Origin: a virus
Lineage: Duplodnaviria > Caudoviricetes
DNA: 40,644 nucleotides
Strand: one strand, 5' to 3'
Virus record (IMG/VR): IMGVR_UViG_3300045526_000169
Location: 1-40,644 of that record
Shown here: positions 8,671 to 16,964 of the stretch, in pieces
Numbering within the stretch: position 1 is the first letter of the stretch
Layout: the number at the start of each line of letters is the position of its first letter
Translations under genes and position numbers: made by a program
Notes under the pieces: generated by a model
Databases searched by the model: none
Told to the model about the DNA's origin: nothing
The model's input: the letters and a program-made list of their open reading frames with translations, nothing else

Positions 8671-9750
8671 TTATTTTACCTTTGACAGAATATCTTCATA
8701 TATTTTTCCAATAACATACATATAACAGGGAGGCGCAACTGCTCTCCCAAGACGTTCTATCTTATCTTTATAGTTTTCTCCAAGATAATAGTCATCTGGA
8801 AATCCCATAATTCTAATACACTCTTTTACAGTAAACTTTCTATCATCCCAATGTGCAATACTTGCAGCAGAAATATTACCAGCACTTTGTGTCAAGGTAC
8901 CTGCATAACTATCAGGTCTTTGTTTCATCAAAGAGAAATATTTATCTGATTGCTCTCCTGGTTTCAATTTCTTCAACTCTTCTCCGATAGAGTATCTTGA
9001 GATATCACATTCGTCTAATTCTTGTTGTGTATGTTCTAAGTCAGCAAATGCATCTTCTAGTGTTACTATTCCACCCAATGGGTCAGCATAACTAATTCTA
9101 GTATCTATATCATTTCTAACTCCAATAAAAATAGTTCTTGACCTTGACTGTGGAACTCCGTAGTCTTTTGCATATAGTACTTTAAAACGAACTTTATATC
9201 CAGCAGATACTAAACTATGGTAAATTGTATTTTTCCAATATCCAAATAAATCAACTTCTTCTGAACCCAATAGGTCTGCTGCACTACCAATAGTAATACC
9301 TTTTACATTTTCTGCGACAAATACTTTAGGTTGTACTTCTTCTAATATTCTAACAAACTCAAAGAATAAGTCATCTGTTCTCTGAGCAGAGTCTGAATAT
9401 TTTTTAACTCTACCCCAACCTTTTTCTCTAAGACCTGCTGTACTAAAACTGGAACAAGGTGGACTACCATCTAAAATATCAAGTTCTCCCCTTTTCAATC
9501 CGAACTGGTCCAGAATCATTTTACCTGTCAACTCTCTTACATCTTGTTTAAAGATATGAGTATCTGGATAGTTCTTGTGGTATGCATCTTGTGCGGCAGG
9601 AATAAACTCATTGATACCAAGTACCTTGCCCCCTGCCAATCTATATCCAGTAGAAGAACCACCTCCACCGGCAAACAAAGAAACTACATTGAATAGATTC
9701 TTAGCAGATTGCTCTTTTACGTATTTTAAATCGTAGATAAATGGTTTCAT
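8671..9750 (-). CDS. C5-cytosine DNA methyltransferase homologue 1, candidate carboxymethyltransferase
   Basis: FAGGGG, GSPPC, ENV, QSRSR; motif X ERLGRAVAP. Confidence 0.92.
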   Translation of the reverse strand: MKPFIYDLKYVKEQSAKNLFNVVSLFAGGGGSSTGYRLAGGKVLGINEFIPAAQDAYHKNYPDTHIFKQDVRELTGKMILDQFGLKRGELDILDGSPPCSSFSTAGLREKGWGRVKKYSDSAQRTDDLFFEFVRILEEVQPKVFVAENVKGITIGSAADLLGSEEVDLFGYWKNTIYHSLVSAGYKVRFKVLYAKDYGVPQSRSRTIFIGVRNDIDTRISYADPLGGIVTLEDAFADLEHTQQELDECDISRYSIGEELKKLKPGEQSDKYFSLMKQRPDSYAGTLTQSAGNISAASIAHWDDRKFTVKECIRIMGFPDDYYLGENYKDKIERLGRAVAPPCYMYVIGKIYEDILSKVK

Positions 9751-9753
9751 ATA

Positions 9754-10425
9754 TTAAATCTCTTTTACTAGTAACCAAGACTTAAATGCTAAACTTTGCC
9801 AAAATGGTTGCACAGTTTCAAATCCCGCTTCTTTGAACAACTTAATATTCTGTGATTCTTTTAGTGGTTTCATAATAAACCTAAGGTCTACTTGCTTTGT
9901 AAGAATCTCATTTGAAGTAAAACTCTTTCTTTTGAAATCATAGTGGGCAAAGTTGAATACATCTTGAATAAATCCATCTTCAAGAAAAATCTTTTCTGAT
10001 ACTACAATTGCTCCACCCGGCATTAAGTTGTCGTACATTTCTTTTAGTACTTTTCTTCTTAATGCAATTGGTAAAAATTGCAATGTAAACAAACAAGCAC
10101 CAAAAGAATACTCTTCTCCTTTCCAGTCATTCAAATCCATATTGATAACATCTTCTCTTCCCTCTGTCAAGTTTTCTGCTTTATCAATACCGATATACTT
10201 AACATTAACATTCTTGTTATGTTTCTTTAGTACTCTAATTAGATTACCCGTACTACATCCAATATCATAAACCTTAGTATTATCTTTAATAAAGTATGTA
10301 CTGATATTTTTAATGTGTTCAATTAAACCTGAGTAGTTTTGAATAGACAAGTCGATATGATTATCAAAGTCTTCAATTGTATCAAAACTAAATTGTCTTA
10401 ACTCTTCTTCTTTTTCTTGTGTCAT
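9754..10425 (-). CDS. cmoA: CmoA-like carboxy-S-adenosylmethionine synthase
   Basis: Aligned by eye to E. coli CmoA as recalled: FDNHIDLSIQNY (FPDMIQRSVPGY), VYDIGCSTG (VYDLGCSLG), FTLQFL, GGAIVVSEK (GGALVLSEK), HYDFKR (HHDFKR), EAGF...WQSLAF. Confidence 0.82.
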   Translation of the reverse strand: MTQEKEEELRQFSFDTIEDFDNHIDLSIQNYSGLIEHIKNISTYFIKDNTKVYDIGCSTGNLIRVLKKHNKNVNVKYIGIDKAENLTEGREDVINMDLNDWKGEEYSFGACLFTLQFLPIALRRKVLKEMYDNLMPGGAIVVSEKIFLEDGFIQDVFNFAHYDFKRKSFTSNEILTKQVDLRFIMKPLKESQNIKLFKEAGFETVQPFWQSLAFKSWLLVKEI

Positions 10426-10426
10426 A

Positions 10427-11443
10427 TTAGTATAAAATTGAACCTGCCAACATTAACAGGTCTTTGGTGTTCTCTGAATTGATTCTTAACATTCTCTTCT
10501 CTTCATTTACATACAAAGTAACCTTAGTATCTTTTATTTCTTTTAAAAGTTGTGTGAGCCTTCTGCCATTGATACAAAAAGATTCTGTTGAATTTGATTT
10601 GCAAGAAATCTCGGTATAGATACTAGTTTCTCCACCATACTCATATAATGATACTTTCAACTTGTCAGATACATCTAATCTTATCATATCCTTGCTAGTA
10701 TCAATATCAACTTTTTCTAAATCAATTAACTTACTTATTTCTCTAAGTAGTGTTTGTGTATGTACTTCTACTTTATATTTTGGTTTAAAGTTCTTAACAA
10801 AACTAAAGTCAAGTTCTGATGGGCAGATACTAATAACTAAGAATTTCAAACTATCTATTTCTAAATACAATCCAGAGTTTTTCTCGTTATCAATATATCC
10901 AATAGTAATATCATCATTCTTTACTGTATTGGATTTAAAAAGAGATTTGTTGGTATTTGAAATCTTCTTGCTATTGATATCCAAGTAATCCATCATAGGA
11001 TTGATATCAACTACCATATTATTGAAACTTGTAAAAAAATCATTTTTTGATAATTTCATTATAAATGCATCTGTTGCAAAAAGTGTACCAGACTTGATAT
11101 GTACTCCTGACAATTCAGTTCTATTTGATTCGGTATCATAGAACTTACTAAAAGAAGAAAACATCTTTACAAGTTTAGTGCTTGTAATTTTCTCCTTATT
11201 CGTTTTAATATCAACTACTTCAAAGTTAAATGGTTCTTCATCTTTCTTGGATTCTAATTTGAATATATCTTCTATAGAAGAACACTTCTGAATAGAACCA
11301 AATACCAAACTTCCATCTACTGTTTGTGCATAATCAATATATGCAATTGTATTTCCATTATATGAATATATTGTAGTATTACTACCATTAGGTGTTGCAT
11401 ATACTGGTCTATTACCAGCAAATTCTTTAAACTTTTTGAACAT
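10427..11443 (-). CDS. DNA polymerase III beta-clamp-like protein
   Basis: NRTELSGVHI, FATDAFIM and FCINGRRLTQLL resemble beta-clamp motifs; start moved to ATG 11443 to avoid overlap with the upstream gene. Confidence 0.55.
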   Translation of the reverse strand: MFKKFKEFAGNRPVYATPNGSNTTIYSYNGNTIAYIDYAQTVDGSLVFGSIQKCSSIEDIFKLESKKDEEPFNFEVVDIKTNKEKITSTKLVKMFSSFSKFYDTESNRTELSGVHIKSGTLFATDAFIMKLSKNDFFTSFNNMVVDINPMMDYLDINSKKISNTNKSLFKSNTVKNDDITIGYIDNEKNSGLYLEIDSLKFLVISICPSELDFSFVKNFKPKYKVEVHTQTLLREISKLIDLEKVDIDTSKDMIRLDVSDKLKVSLYEYGGETSIYTEISCKSNSTESFCINGRRLTQLLKEIKDTKVTLYVNEEKRMLRINSENTKDLLMLAGSILY

Positions 11444-11444
11444 C

Positions 11445-11822
11445 TTATAATATATTTTTAATATTTGGTGCAAAGTAATCTTCCCCTTTCATAATCTTTC
11501 CATCTTCTCTGTATATAGGTTTGCCATCTGGACCCAACTTAGACATATTACTTCTTTGGATTTCATCAAATACTTCTTCAATCTTGTGTTGAAGACCATG
11601 CGATAAGATTGTACCACACAAGATATAAAGTTGGTCTCCTAGAGCATCTGCAATTTCTACCAAGTCATCTGTAGCACATGCCATTAGATACTCTTGGTTT
11701 TCTTCTGCCATTAGTTTGTGTCTAAGTACAAATCTTTCTTCTGAAATTAATGTTGGGGATTCTGCTTGTTCTACTCCAAATGTTTCATGGAATTCCTTAA
11801 CTGCATCTAGTTGTTTTTTCAT
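11445..11822 (-). CDS. MazG-like all-alpha NTP pyrophosphohydrolase
   Basis: VKEFHETF, EENQEY, EIADALGDQLY, EIQRSNMSK, REDGKIMK. Confidence 0.85.
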   Translation of the reverse strand: MKKQLDAVKEFHETFGVEQAESPTLISEERFVLRHKLMAEENQEYLMACATDDLVEIADALGDQLYILCGTILSHGLQHKIEEVFDEIQRSNMSKLGPDGKPIYREDGKIMKGEDYFAPNIKNIL

Positions 11823-11845
11823 ATAAATACTTTAATAATTAAAAC

Positions 11846-11874
11846 AAAAAAAGAACTAAAATATTTTAGTTCTT
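11846..11874 (-). terminator. AT-rich hairpin terminator
   Basis: 24-bp palindrome AAGAACTAAAATATTTTAGTTCTT then a T-run on the minus strand, right after the stop at 11876. Confidence 0.55.
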
Positions 11875-11875
11875 G

Positions 11876-12481
11876 TTAATTAATTTGATATCCACTAAAC
11901 AATTTTAAGTAATGTTCGATACTAACTCCATTTCCATCTTTAATATCAACTTTTCCGCTATTGATAAACCATTTTGTAGTATTACTGTTTCCAACTAAAT
12001 GTGCTGCGGCAAGAATACTACTCTCAGTAATATAGATACCTGAAACAATATCTCCACTATATTTTTTTATATAATTATGAAGATACCTTTTATTTTTCTC
12101 GATATACTTTACAATCAATTCATCTTGTAACCATTCTGGGAATACTTCAGGGTCATTCTTGAACTCTTCAAATGTAAAACAACCATCATAACCTAAATCT
12201 CTAAGTGCAATATTTCCGAATTGATACTTACCCATATATCCCCACTTGTTATATGCAGTCCAATTGTTTCCTGATTCTATTTCACCAAGTGAATATATAA
12301 AGTGACCAAATGATTTAGATTTAAATTTTTTTCTATTCTTTGATTTTTTTATATTTTGTATCAATCCTATATGGTTTCCTAATGACGTAGGAAATATAAT
12401 ACTTGGACTATTACCAAAAGAAGGTCCCAATATAAATACTGTAGATACTGCTATAATTTTGATTAATTTACTTTTCTTCAT
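11876..12481 (-). CDS. lysozyme-like/lytic transglycosylase with N-terminal signal-like segment
   Basis: ESGNNW...GYMGKYQFG catalytic-type motif, ILAAAHL; basic then hydrophobic N-terminus. Confidence 0.7.
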   Translation of the reverse strand: MKKSKLIKIIAVSTVFILGPSFGNSPSIIFPTSLGNHIGLIQNIKKSKNRKKFKSKSFGHFIYSLGEIESGNNWTAYNKWGYMGKYQFGNIALRDLGYDGCFTFEEFKNDPEVFPEWLQDELIVKYIEKNKRYLHNYIKKYSGDIVSGIYITESSILAAAHLVGNSNTTKWFINSGKVDIKDGNGVSIEHYLKLFSGYQIN

Positions 12482-12671
12482 AATGGTCTTCGATGTGTTG
12501 GATAACCTTATACATCTCTTCTTCTGTAGGGTCGATTACTGCTATAATATTATCAAATAACCCATTGTCCACAAATCCAACAATGTTTTTTTCATCATCG
12601 GTCTTCTCGAAAACATAACCGATTTCTCTGAACTTGTTGTTTAGTATCTCTACTATTTTTTCAGGTGTCAT
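12468..12671 (-). CDS. hypothetical protein
   Basis: 67-aa ORF overlapping the next start. Confidence 0.55.
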   Translation of the reverse strand: MTPEKIVEILNNKFREIGYVFEKTDDEKNIVGFVDNGLFDNIIAVIDPTEEEMYKVIQHIEDHYEEK

Positions 12672-12681
12672 ATAAAACTAT

Positions 12682-12942
12682 TTAATGTTCAATAATTAAA
12701 GTCAATAAAACTCCAGATTCTTTTATAAGTCTATGGTACCTATTCTTACCTACAACAATCGTACCAAAAAGTTTTGTATTAATTGGTAATTCATTATCAA
12801 ATTGGAATTTAAATTTACCAAATGGTAAAGTACGAACTATTCTATCTTTCTCGTCATAGTGCCATTTGTATAGACTACTATCATTAGAATAAAATACTCT
12901 AAAAATTAGATTGAATATTTTTAATTGGAAATACGGTTTCAT
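12682..12942 (-). CDS. small cupin-like phage protein
   Basis: WHYD...FQFDNELP...YHRLIK two-histidine pattern. Confidence 0.55.
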   Translation of the reverse strand: MKPYFQLKIFNLIFRVFYSNDSSLYKWHYDEKDRIVRTLPFGKFKFQFDNELPINTKLFGTIVVGKNRYHRLIKESGVLLTLIIEH

Positions 12943-14135
12943 TATCTATATTTATTAGATAGTTTTATATATTGATAGTTTGGAAAGTTTTTTGAATATA
13001 CTCTATATTTTATCTTTTCTCTTTTCAATCCCGTTGAATTAACTGCTTCCTTATATCCTAAGTATTCAATTCCATCAATTATAATAATAGTATTAGTAAG
13101 TAGTTTAGATATATTTTCTTTAGTATATTTAGTATGAGTTTTTCCTTTTTGAGATTCAGACATCTTCTTCTTTGATTCTTCTGTATGCTGTTTACCCGTC
13201 TGTGATTTTGAAATTTTTTCTTTTATTTTATTTGCTTTTTCTTCTCCGTGTATATCCTCCATAGACTTTCCTTTATATATATTAGGTCCATTTGACTTAC
13301 CTTTTTTATTATCGGATATTTTTTTCTTTGTTTCTTTACTGTGTTTAAATCTACCCAATTTTGAATTACTTCGTTTTTGGAACTCCAATTCCTTTAATTT
13401 GTTTTCAATAAAGGGATACATGTTCTTAAAAGAAGTTATAGAAAAGAATAATCTAATTTTATGTATAAGATTATATATATCACTATCCAATACTATATTC
13501 TCGATATTTATATTATCTAAATATAATAAATATTCCTTAATTTTAGACTCTTTCTGTAAACGACACCGCTTTTTTGCAGATATTGACATTTTCTCAATTG
13601 TACTTGGTTCAAACTTTCTATTTTTTATCTTTAGTTTTATTTCATCTGCACGTTCCTTGCCATAAACTTCTTCTATTGTTTTTCCTTTGGTTGGTTTTTT
13701 TCCTTTGGATATTTTTTGTTTGATTGTATCTGCTTTTTTAGTACCATATGCTTCTTCCAAGGTCTTTCCATGATGAACAAAACGTTTGTTCAAATATTCT
13801 TCTTTTTCTAACTGCGTTAATAAATTCCAATTATTTCCACCAATTGCTTCATCTTTTAAGTTATATGACTCGTTGAGAGAACTGATTTTATACAATTTTA
13901 AAAATTTGTCTTCGAATAGAAATGCTTCTTCTCGGGTCTCGAAATATCTTAGTCTTTCATGAGTAAAATATTCTTTACCATATTTCAATAGTGCAGTTTG
14001 AAATCTGCTACCGCTTCCGAGATAATTTTCATCACTTCCACTTCCATAGTAGAACTTTCCGTTAATAAGATTGGTTGTTTTATAAAAGTAATAGGGTGTT
14101 TCAGGACTGTAATCCTTTGAGATTAAATAATTCAT
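12942..14135 (-). CDS. free-standing GIY-YIG homing endonuclease 2 with NUMOD3-type motifs
   Basis: N-terminus nearly identical to endonuclease 1; HSKETKKKIS, HTEESKKKMS, GKTxEExYG repeats. Confidence 0.85.
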   Translation of the reverse strand: MNYLISKDYSPETPYYFYKTTNLINGKFYYGSGSDENYLGSGSRFQTALLKYGKEYFTHERLRYFETREEAFLFEDKFLKLYKISSLNESYNLKDEAIGGNNWNLLTQLEKEEYLNKRFVHHGKTLEEAYGTKKADTIKQKISKGKKPTKGKTIEEVYGKERADEIKLKIKNRKFEPSTIEKMSISAKKRCRLQKESKIKEYLLYLDNINIENIVLDSDIYNLIHKIRLFFSITSFKNMYPFIENKLKELEFQKRSNSKLGRFKHSKETKKKISDNKKGKSNGPNIYKGKSMEDIHGEEKANKIKEKISKSQTGKQHTEESKKKMSESQKGKTHTKYTKENISKLLTNTIIIIDGIEYLGYKEAVNSTGLKREKIKYRVYSKNFPNYQYIKLSNKYR

Positions 14136-14203
14136 AATAAATTTTATTTTTGAAAGGAACTTAGGAGTACGAATCCTATAATAGTTCCTTTCTTTATTTA
14201 ATC
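14121..14203 (-). promoter_or_regulatory. homing endonuclease leader element, copy 2
   Basis: Minus strand GATTAAATAA-A-GAAAGGAAC-TATTAT-AGGA-TTCGTAC-TCCT-AA-GTTCCTTTC; 10-bp inverted repeat 14121-14130 vs 14194-14203. Confidence 0.75.
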
Positions 14204-14711
14204 ACCAAGGTCTTTTTGATTTCAATCCAAGGTGGTCTGCCCAAATTGCTATATTACAACTCCAAAAACCAGCAGTATTAATATCAGTTTTGGAATCGCA
14301 CTGGTGTCTTGCCTGGAAATTGTCCGCTGCCTCTTTATCATTATTCTTTATCTTTAAGTTAGGGTCTCCAAATCTTAGTGTTTTTGCTATTGGTAATCCA
14401 CTCTCTTCATCTTTCTCTCCAGTTTCCAAATAAACAACAAACTTTTTATTGCTATCTGAATCATATTGAGGTAAATGTAGTTTAACTCTTCTACCCTTGT
14501 ATAAAGCAGGTTCTCCTGTCTTCAAAGATGCAATTACTTTATCTCTACCCTCAAGAAGAATATCTCCTTTGTAGTACAACTCTCGAACTTCTTTGATTAA
14601 GTCAATATGTGAATCCGAACCATATCTAAAGATACACTCTGATAAACTAATACCATTGTTAATATGGTATTTTAGGTTCTCTGATATCTTAACTTCATTT
14701 AGTGTTTTCAT
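14202..14711 (-). CDS. conserved hypothetical phage protein
   Basis: RFGDP...FQARHQC...AGFWSC motif, which I recall from large phages; N-terminus MKTLNE. Confidence 0.6.
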   Translation of the reverse strand: MKTLNEVKISENLKYHINNGISLSECIFRYGSDSHIDLIKEVRELYYKGDILLEGRDKVIASLKTGEPALYKGRRVKLHLPQYDSDSNKKFVVYLETGEKDEESGLPIAKTLRFGDPNLKIKNNDKEAADNFQARHQCDSKTDINTAGFWSCNIAIWADHLGLKSKRPW

Positions 14712-14721
14712 ATACTATTTA

Positions 14722-15558
14722 CTATATAGCAATTTCTAATTTTGATTTTATTTTTTTAATATCATTAGACGTTACTACTTCAAAGTCTTCTAATTTAATA
14801 TTATAAAAGTTTGTGCCACTTGGACAGTTTAACTTAATATATGGTTGGAATGATAAAGGTTCTCTTTCTAATATTTCACTACATGCATCCAAATGTCTAT
14901 CATAGATATGGTAATTTTGAATAAAGTGTGCGAAAGTACCAACTTCATATCCCAAGTGACATGCGACCATCATCTGCAACGCAACATATTGAATCTTATT
15001 GATATAAGTTGCCATTATAGCATCTTGACTCCTTTGTGTTAATGTCATATCCAAGTAGTAAACATTTTGTTTTTTTCTAACAGTCCATAGAGTACCATAT
15101 GCACATGGATATAAACCTTTAGTTTCTCTTAGGTCATCTTCCTGTAGTAAATTTATATGATGTCTTCTAGAAAAGGGGTCAGACTCCAATCCTCTTAATA
15201 AATTATTCATTAAGTCCCATTTCTTAACAGTATCACCATATCTCCTACCAATAGTTCCATCTCCTATGTCCCACTCATTCCACCAAAAAATACCTCTATT
15301 ACGAGCATCTTCTAAACTTGATGTTTGGTCTTGATAAATCCAAAGTATTTCTTTTATTCCAGTTTTTATTGCAGTATTTCTTAGTGTAGTTATTGGAAAT
15401 TCGTTTTTTGTTAAATCATACTTTTCAAAAACTTGAGGAATAAAGAAACAATGAGCAGGTGTACCATCTTCATACTTAGGTCTTGGATTCTCATCGGTAT
15501 TTTTTTCATCAAGAATTTTAAATAGGTTATATTTGTAATATGTATCTGCTTTTATCAT
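14722..15558 (-). CDS. thyA: thymidylate synthase
   Basis: FPITTLR, EILW, DPFSRRH, catalytic PC, QRSQD, NKIQY, HIYDRH; start moved to ATG 15558 because the longer ORF runs through a terminator. Confidence 0.93.
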   Translation of the reverse strand: MIKADTYYKYNLFKILDEKNTDENPRPKYEDGTPAHCFFIPQVFEKYDLTKNEFPITTLRNTAIKTGIKEILWIYQDQTSSLEDARNRGIFWWNEWDIGDGTIGRRYGDTVKKWDLMNNLLRGLESDPFSRRHHINLLQEDDLRETKGLYPCAYGTLWTVRKKQNVYYLDMTLTQRSQDAIMATYINKIQYVALQMMVACHLGYEVGTFAHFIQNYHIYDRHLDACSEILEREPLSFQPYIKLNCPSGTNFYNIKLEDFEVVTSNDIKKIKSKLEIAI

Positions 15559-15580
15559 ATATTCTTTACATATTAAAAAC

Positions 15581-15612
15581 AAAAAAGAGCCCAAATATTT
15601 CATTGGACTCTT
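15581..15612 (-). terminator. intrinsic terminator
   Basis: AAGAGTCCAA-loop-TTGGGCTCTT then a T-run on the minus strand. Confidence 0.65.
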
Positions 15613-15659
15613 GACAATATCCACATGGGATATTGGGGGTGTTTCTCTTTAGAATCTTT

Positions 15660-16577
15660 TTAGTTCCAGTAATTACTTGGTGGAACGTATCCTTTGATTT
15701 TTTCTCTTACTTGAGTATCAACTACTTTCTTGTTGATTGGTTTACCTGCTTCTTTTACTTTAATATAAAAAGCATCTTCGATATAAGAACCACCAGCATC
15801 GGAAAATGCCATTTTTGAATCAACACCTTTCTTATTGAATGCATACCAAATATCACCATCTAAGTACTTCTTGATATCATTACCCATATCCAAGATATCT
15901 TTAGCAGTTTGTGCAGCACCTCTATGTGTATCCATTAAAATCTCTTCGGGAACTACTCTATCTCTTTCTCTATTTTGTGCTTTTGCTACTTCAAAATCAT
16001 TAACAACCCATACAATGTGTACATTCTTTGGGTCATATCCCAATTCTCTTACATCATCAGTAACTTCTCTTAATTTGTTCATGTTCTTTAAAGTAACATC
16101 AAAAATAAGATTTGGTTTTCTATCTTCTGGTGCAGTTAAGATACTAGCAAATTTTGCCTTTGCTCTCTTGTCGATAATATTTATTTCTCCATCCAATACA
16201 GAATGCAACAAAAAAACATTCTTTGGGTCTTTTAAACTCAATCCTTTGATATCATGACCAGTCTTGTCTTTTACCATCTGTGCCAACTTTGTACTTTTAA
16301 GTGCAAGTTCTTTAATGGCATCTACATCAAAAGTATTACCTTCAATACCTAACAAGTTACTTGAAACAAATCCCTTTCCAGAACCAGCACCCCCTGCAAG
16401 GATTACCACATTTCCAAATTTAGGATATGCTTTACCACCAAAGGTAATTAATTTTTCCAACAATTCACTTGTTGTATATTTTGAGAATGCTTCTTCTGCA
16501 GCACCTAAGTTAAAGTCCTCGCAGATAAACTCTCGTTCTTTCTTCTTGAACATTTGAAATTCATATAATGGTTTCAT
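15660..16577 (-). CDS. P-loop kinase (zeta-toxin/AAA_33-like), possible internal head protein
   Basis: Walker A GGAGSGKG, DVD, LIFDVT, NRERDRVVP lid; N-terminus MKPLYEF...EFICE. Confidence 0.75.
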   Translation of the reverse strand: MKPLYEFQMFKKKEREFICEDFNLGAAEEAFSKYTTSELLEKLITFGGKAYPKFGNVVILAGGAGSGKGFVSSNLLGIEGNTFDVDAIKELALKSTKLAQMVKDKTGHDIKGLSLKDPKNVFLLHSVLDGEINIIDKRAKAKFASILTAPEDRKPNLIFDVTLKNMNKLREVTDDVRELGYDPKNVHIVWVVNDFEVAKAQNRERDRVVPEEILMDTHRGAAQTAKDILDMGNDIKKYLDGDIWYAFNKKGVDSKMAFSDAGGSYIEDAFYIKVKEAGKPINKKVVDTQVREKIKGYVPPSNYWN

Positions 16578-16598
16578 ATAAAATCAATTTCTTTTTAT

Positions 16599-16607
16599 TA
16601 TTTAATC
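16599..16607 (-). promoter_or_regulatory. putative late promoter GATTAAATA
   Basis: Exact motif 21 bp upstream of the kinase start. Confidence 0.6.
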
Positions 16608-16940
16608 AACAAATCCCTGCACTAAAATAATAACCACCGCAAGTCCCATTGAGATTGCATTTTTAAGAGATAGTCCCTCATTCATTGCAAAATATGTAAA
16701 TACTGCAAATACAATAGTATTGATAGCAAATCCTAAAAATCTAAGTGACCAAGCACTAGCAAACAAAGTAGCACCAATCTTAGATGCTTCTACAAAGAGT
16801 ATTCCTGTTACTAAACTTAGTAGATATACTACCCATAAGTACTTGGATAAAAAAATAGGGAATCTGATTGGTGCCACTGTTTGAAACCAGATAATAAAAG
16901 CAGTAATGCTCATCAATACAAAGAAGATAATATAATTCAT
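16602..16940 (-). CDS. small four-helix membrane protein (SMR/DMT-like)
   Basis: Four hydrophobic segments; NEGLSLKNAISMGL before the last helix. Confidence 0.6.
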   Translation of the reverse strand: MNYIIFFVLMSITAFIIWFQTVAPIRFPIFLSKYLWVVYLLSLVTGILFVEASKIGATLFASAWSLRFLGFAINTIVFAVFTYFAMNEGLSLKNAISMGLAVVIILVQGFVD

Positions 16941-16964
16941 AATTGAAAGTTTAATAATTAATAG

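Noticed and set aside
5211-9750. Methyltransferases as part of a type II restriction-modification system
   Set aside because: No restriction endonuclease is adjacent; the neighbouring nuclease belongs to a dispersed Seg-like homing endonuclease family.
9754-10425. cmoA as a tRNA cmo5U modification gene
   Set aside because: No cmoB-like gene or tRNA is seen in the window, and it is coupled to DNA methyltransferase homologues. A cmoB elsewhere in the genome cannot be excluded.
14722-15558. ThyA homologue as a dCMP hydroxymethylase feeding the modification pathway
   Set aside because: It keeps the dUMP-specifying Asn (NKIQY) and QRSxD; dCMP hydroxymethylases have Asp at that position.
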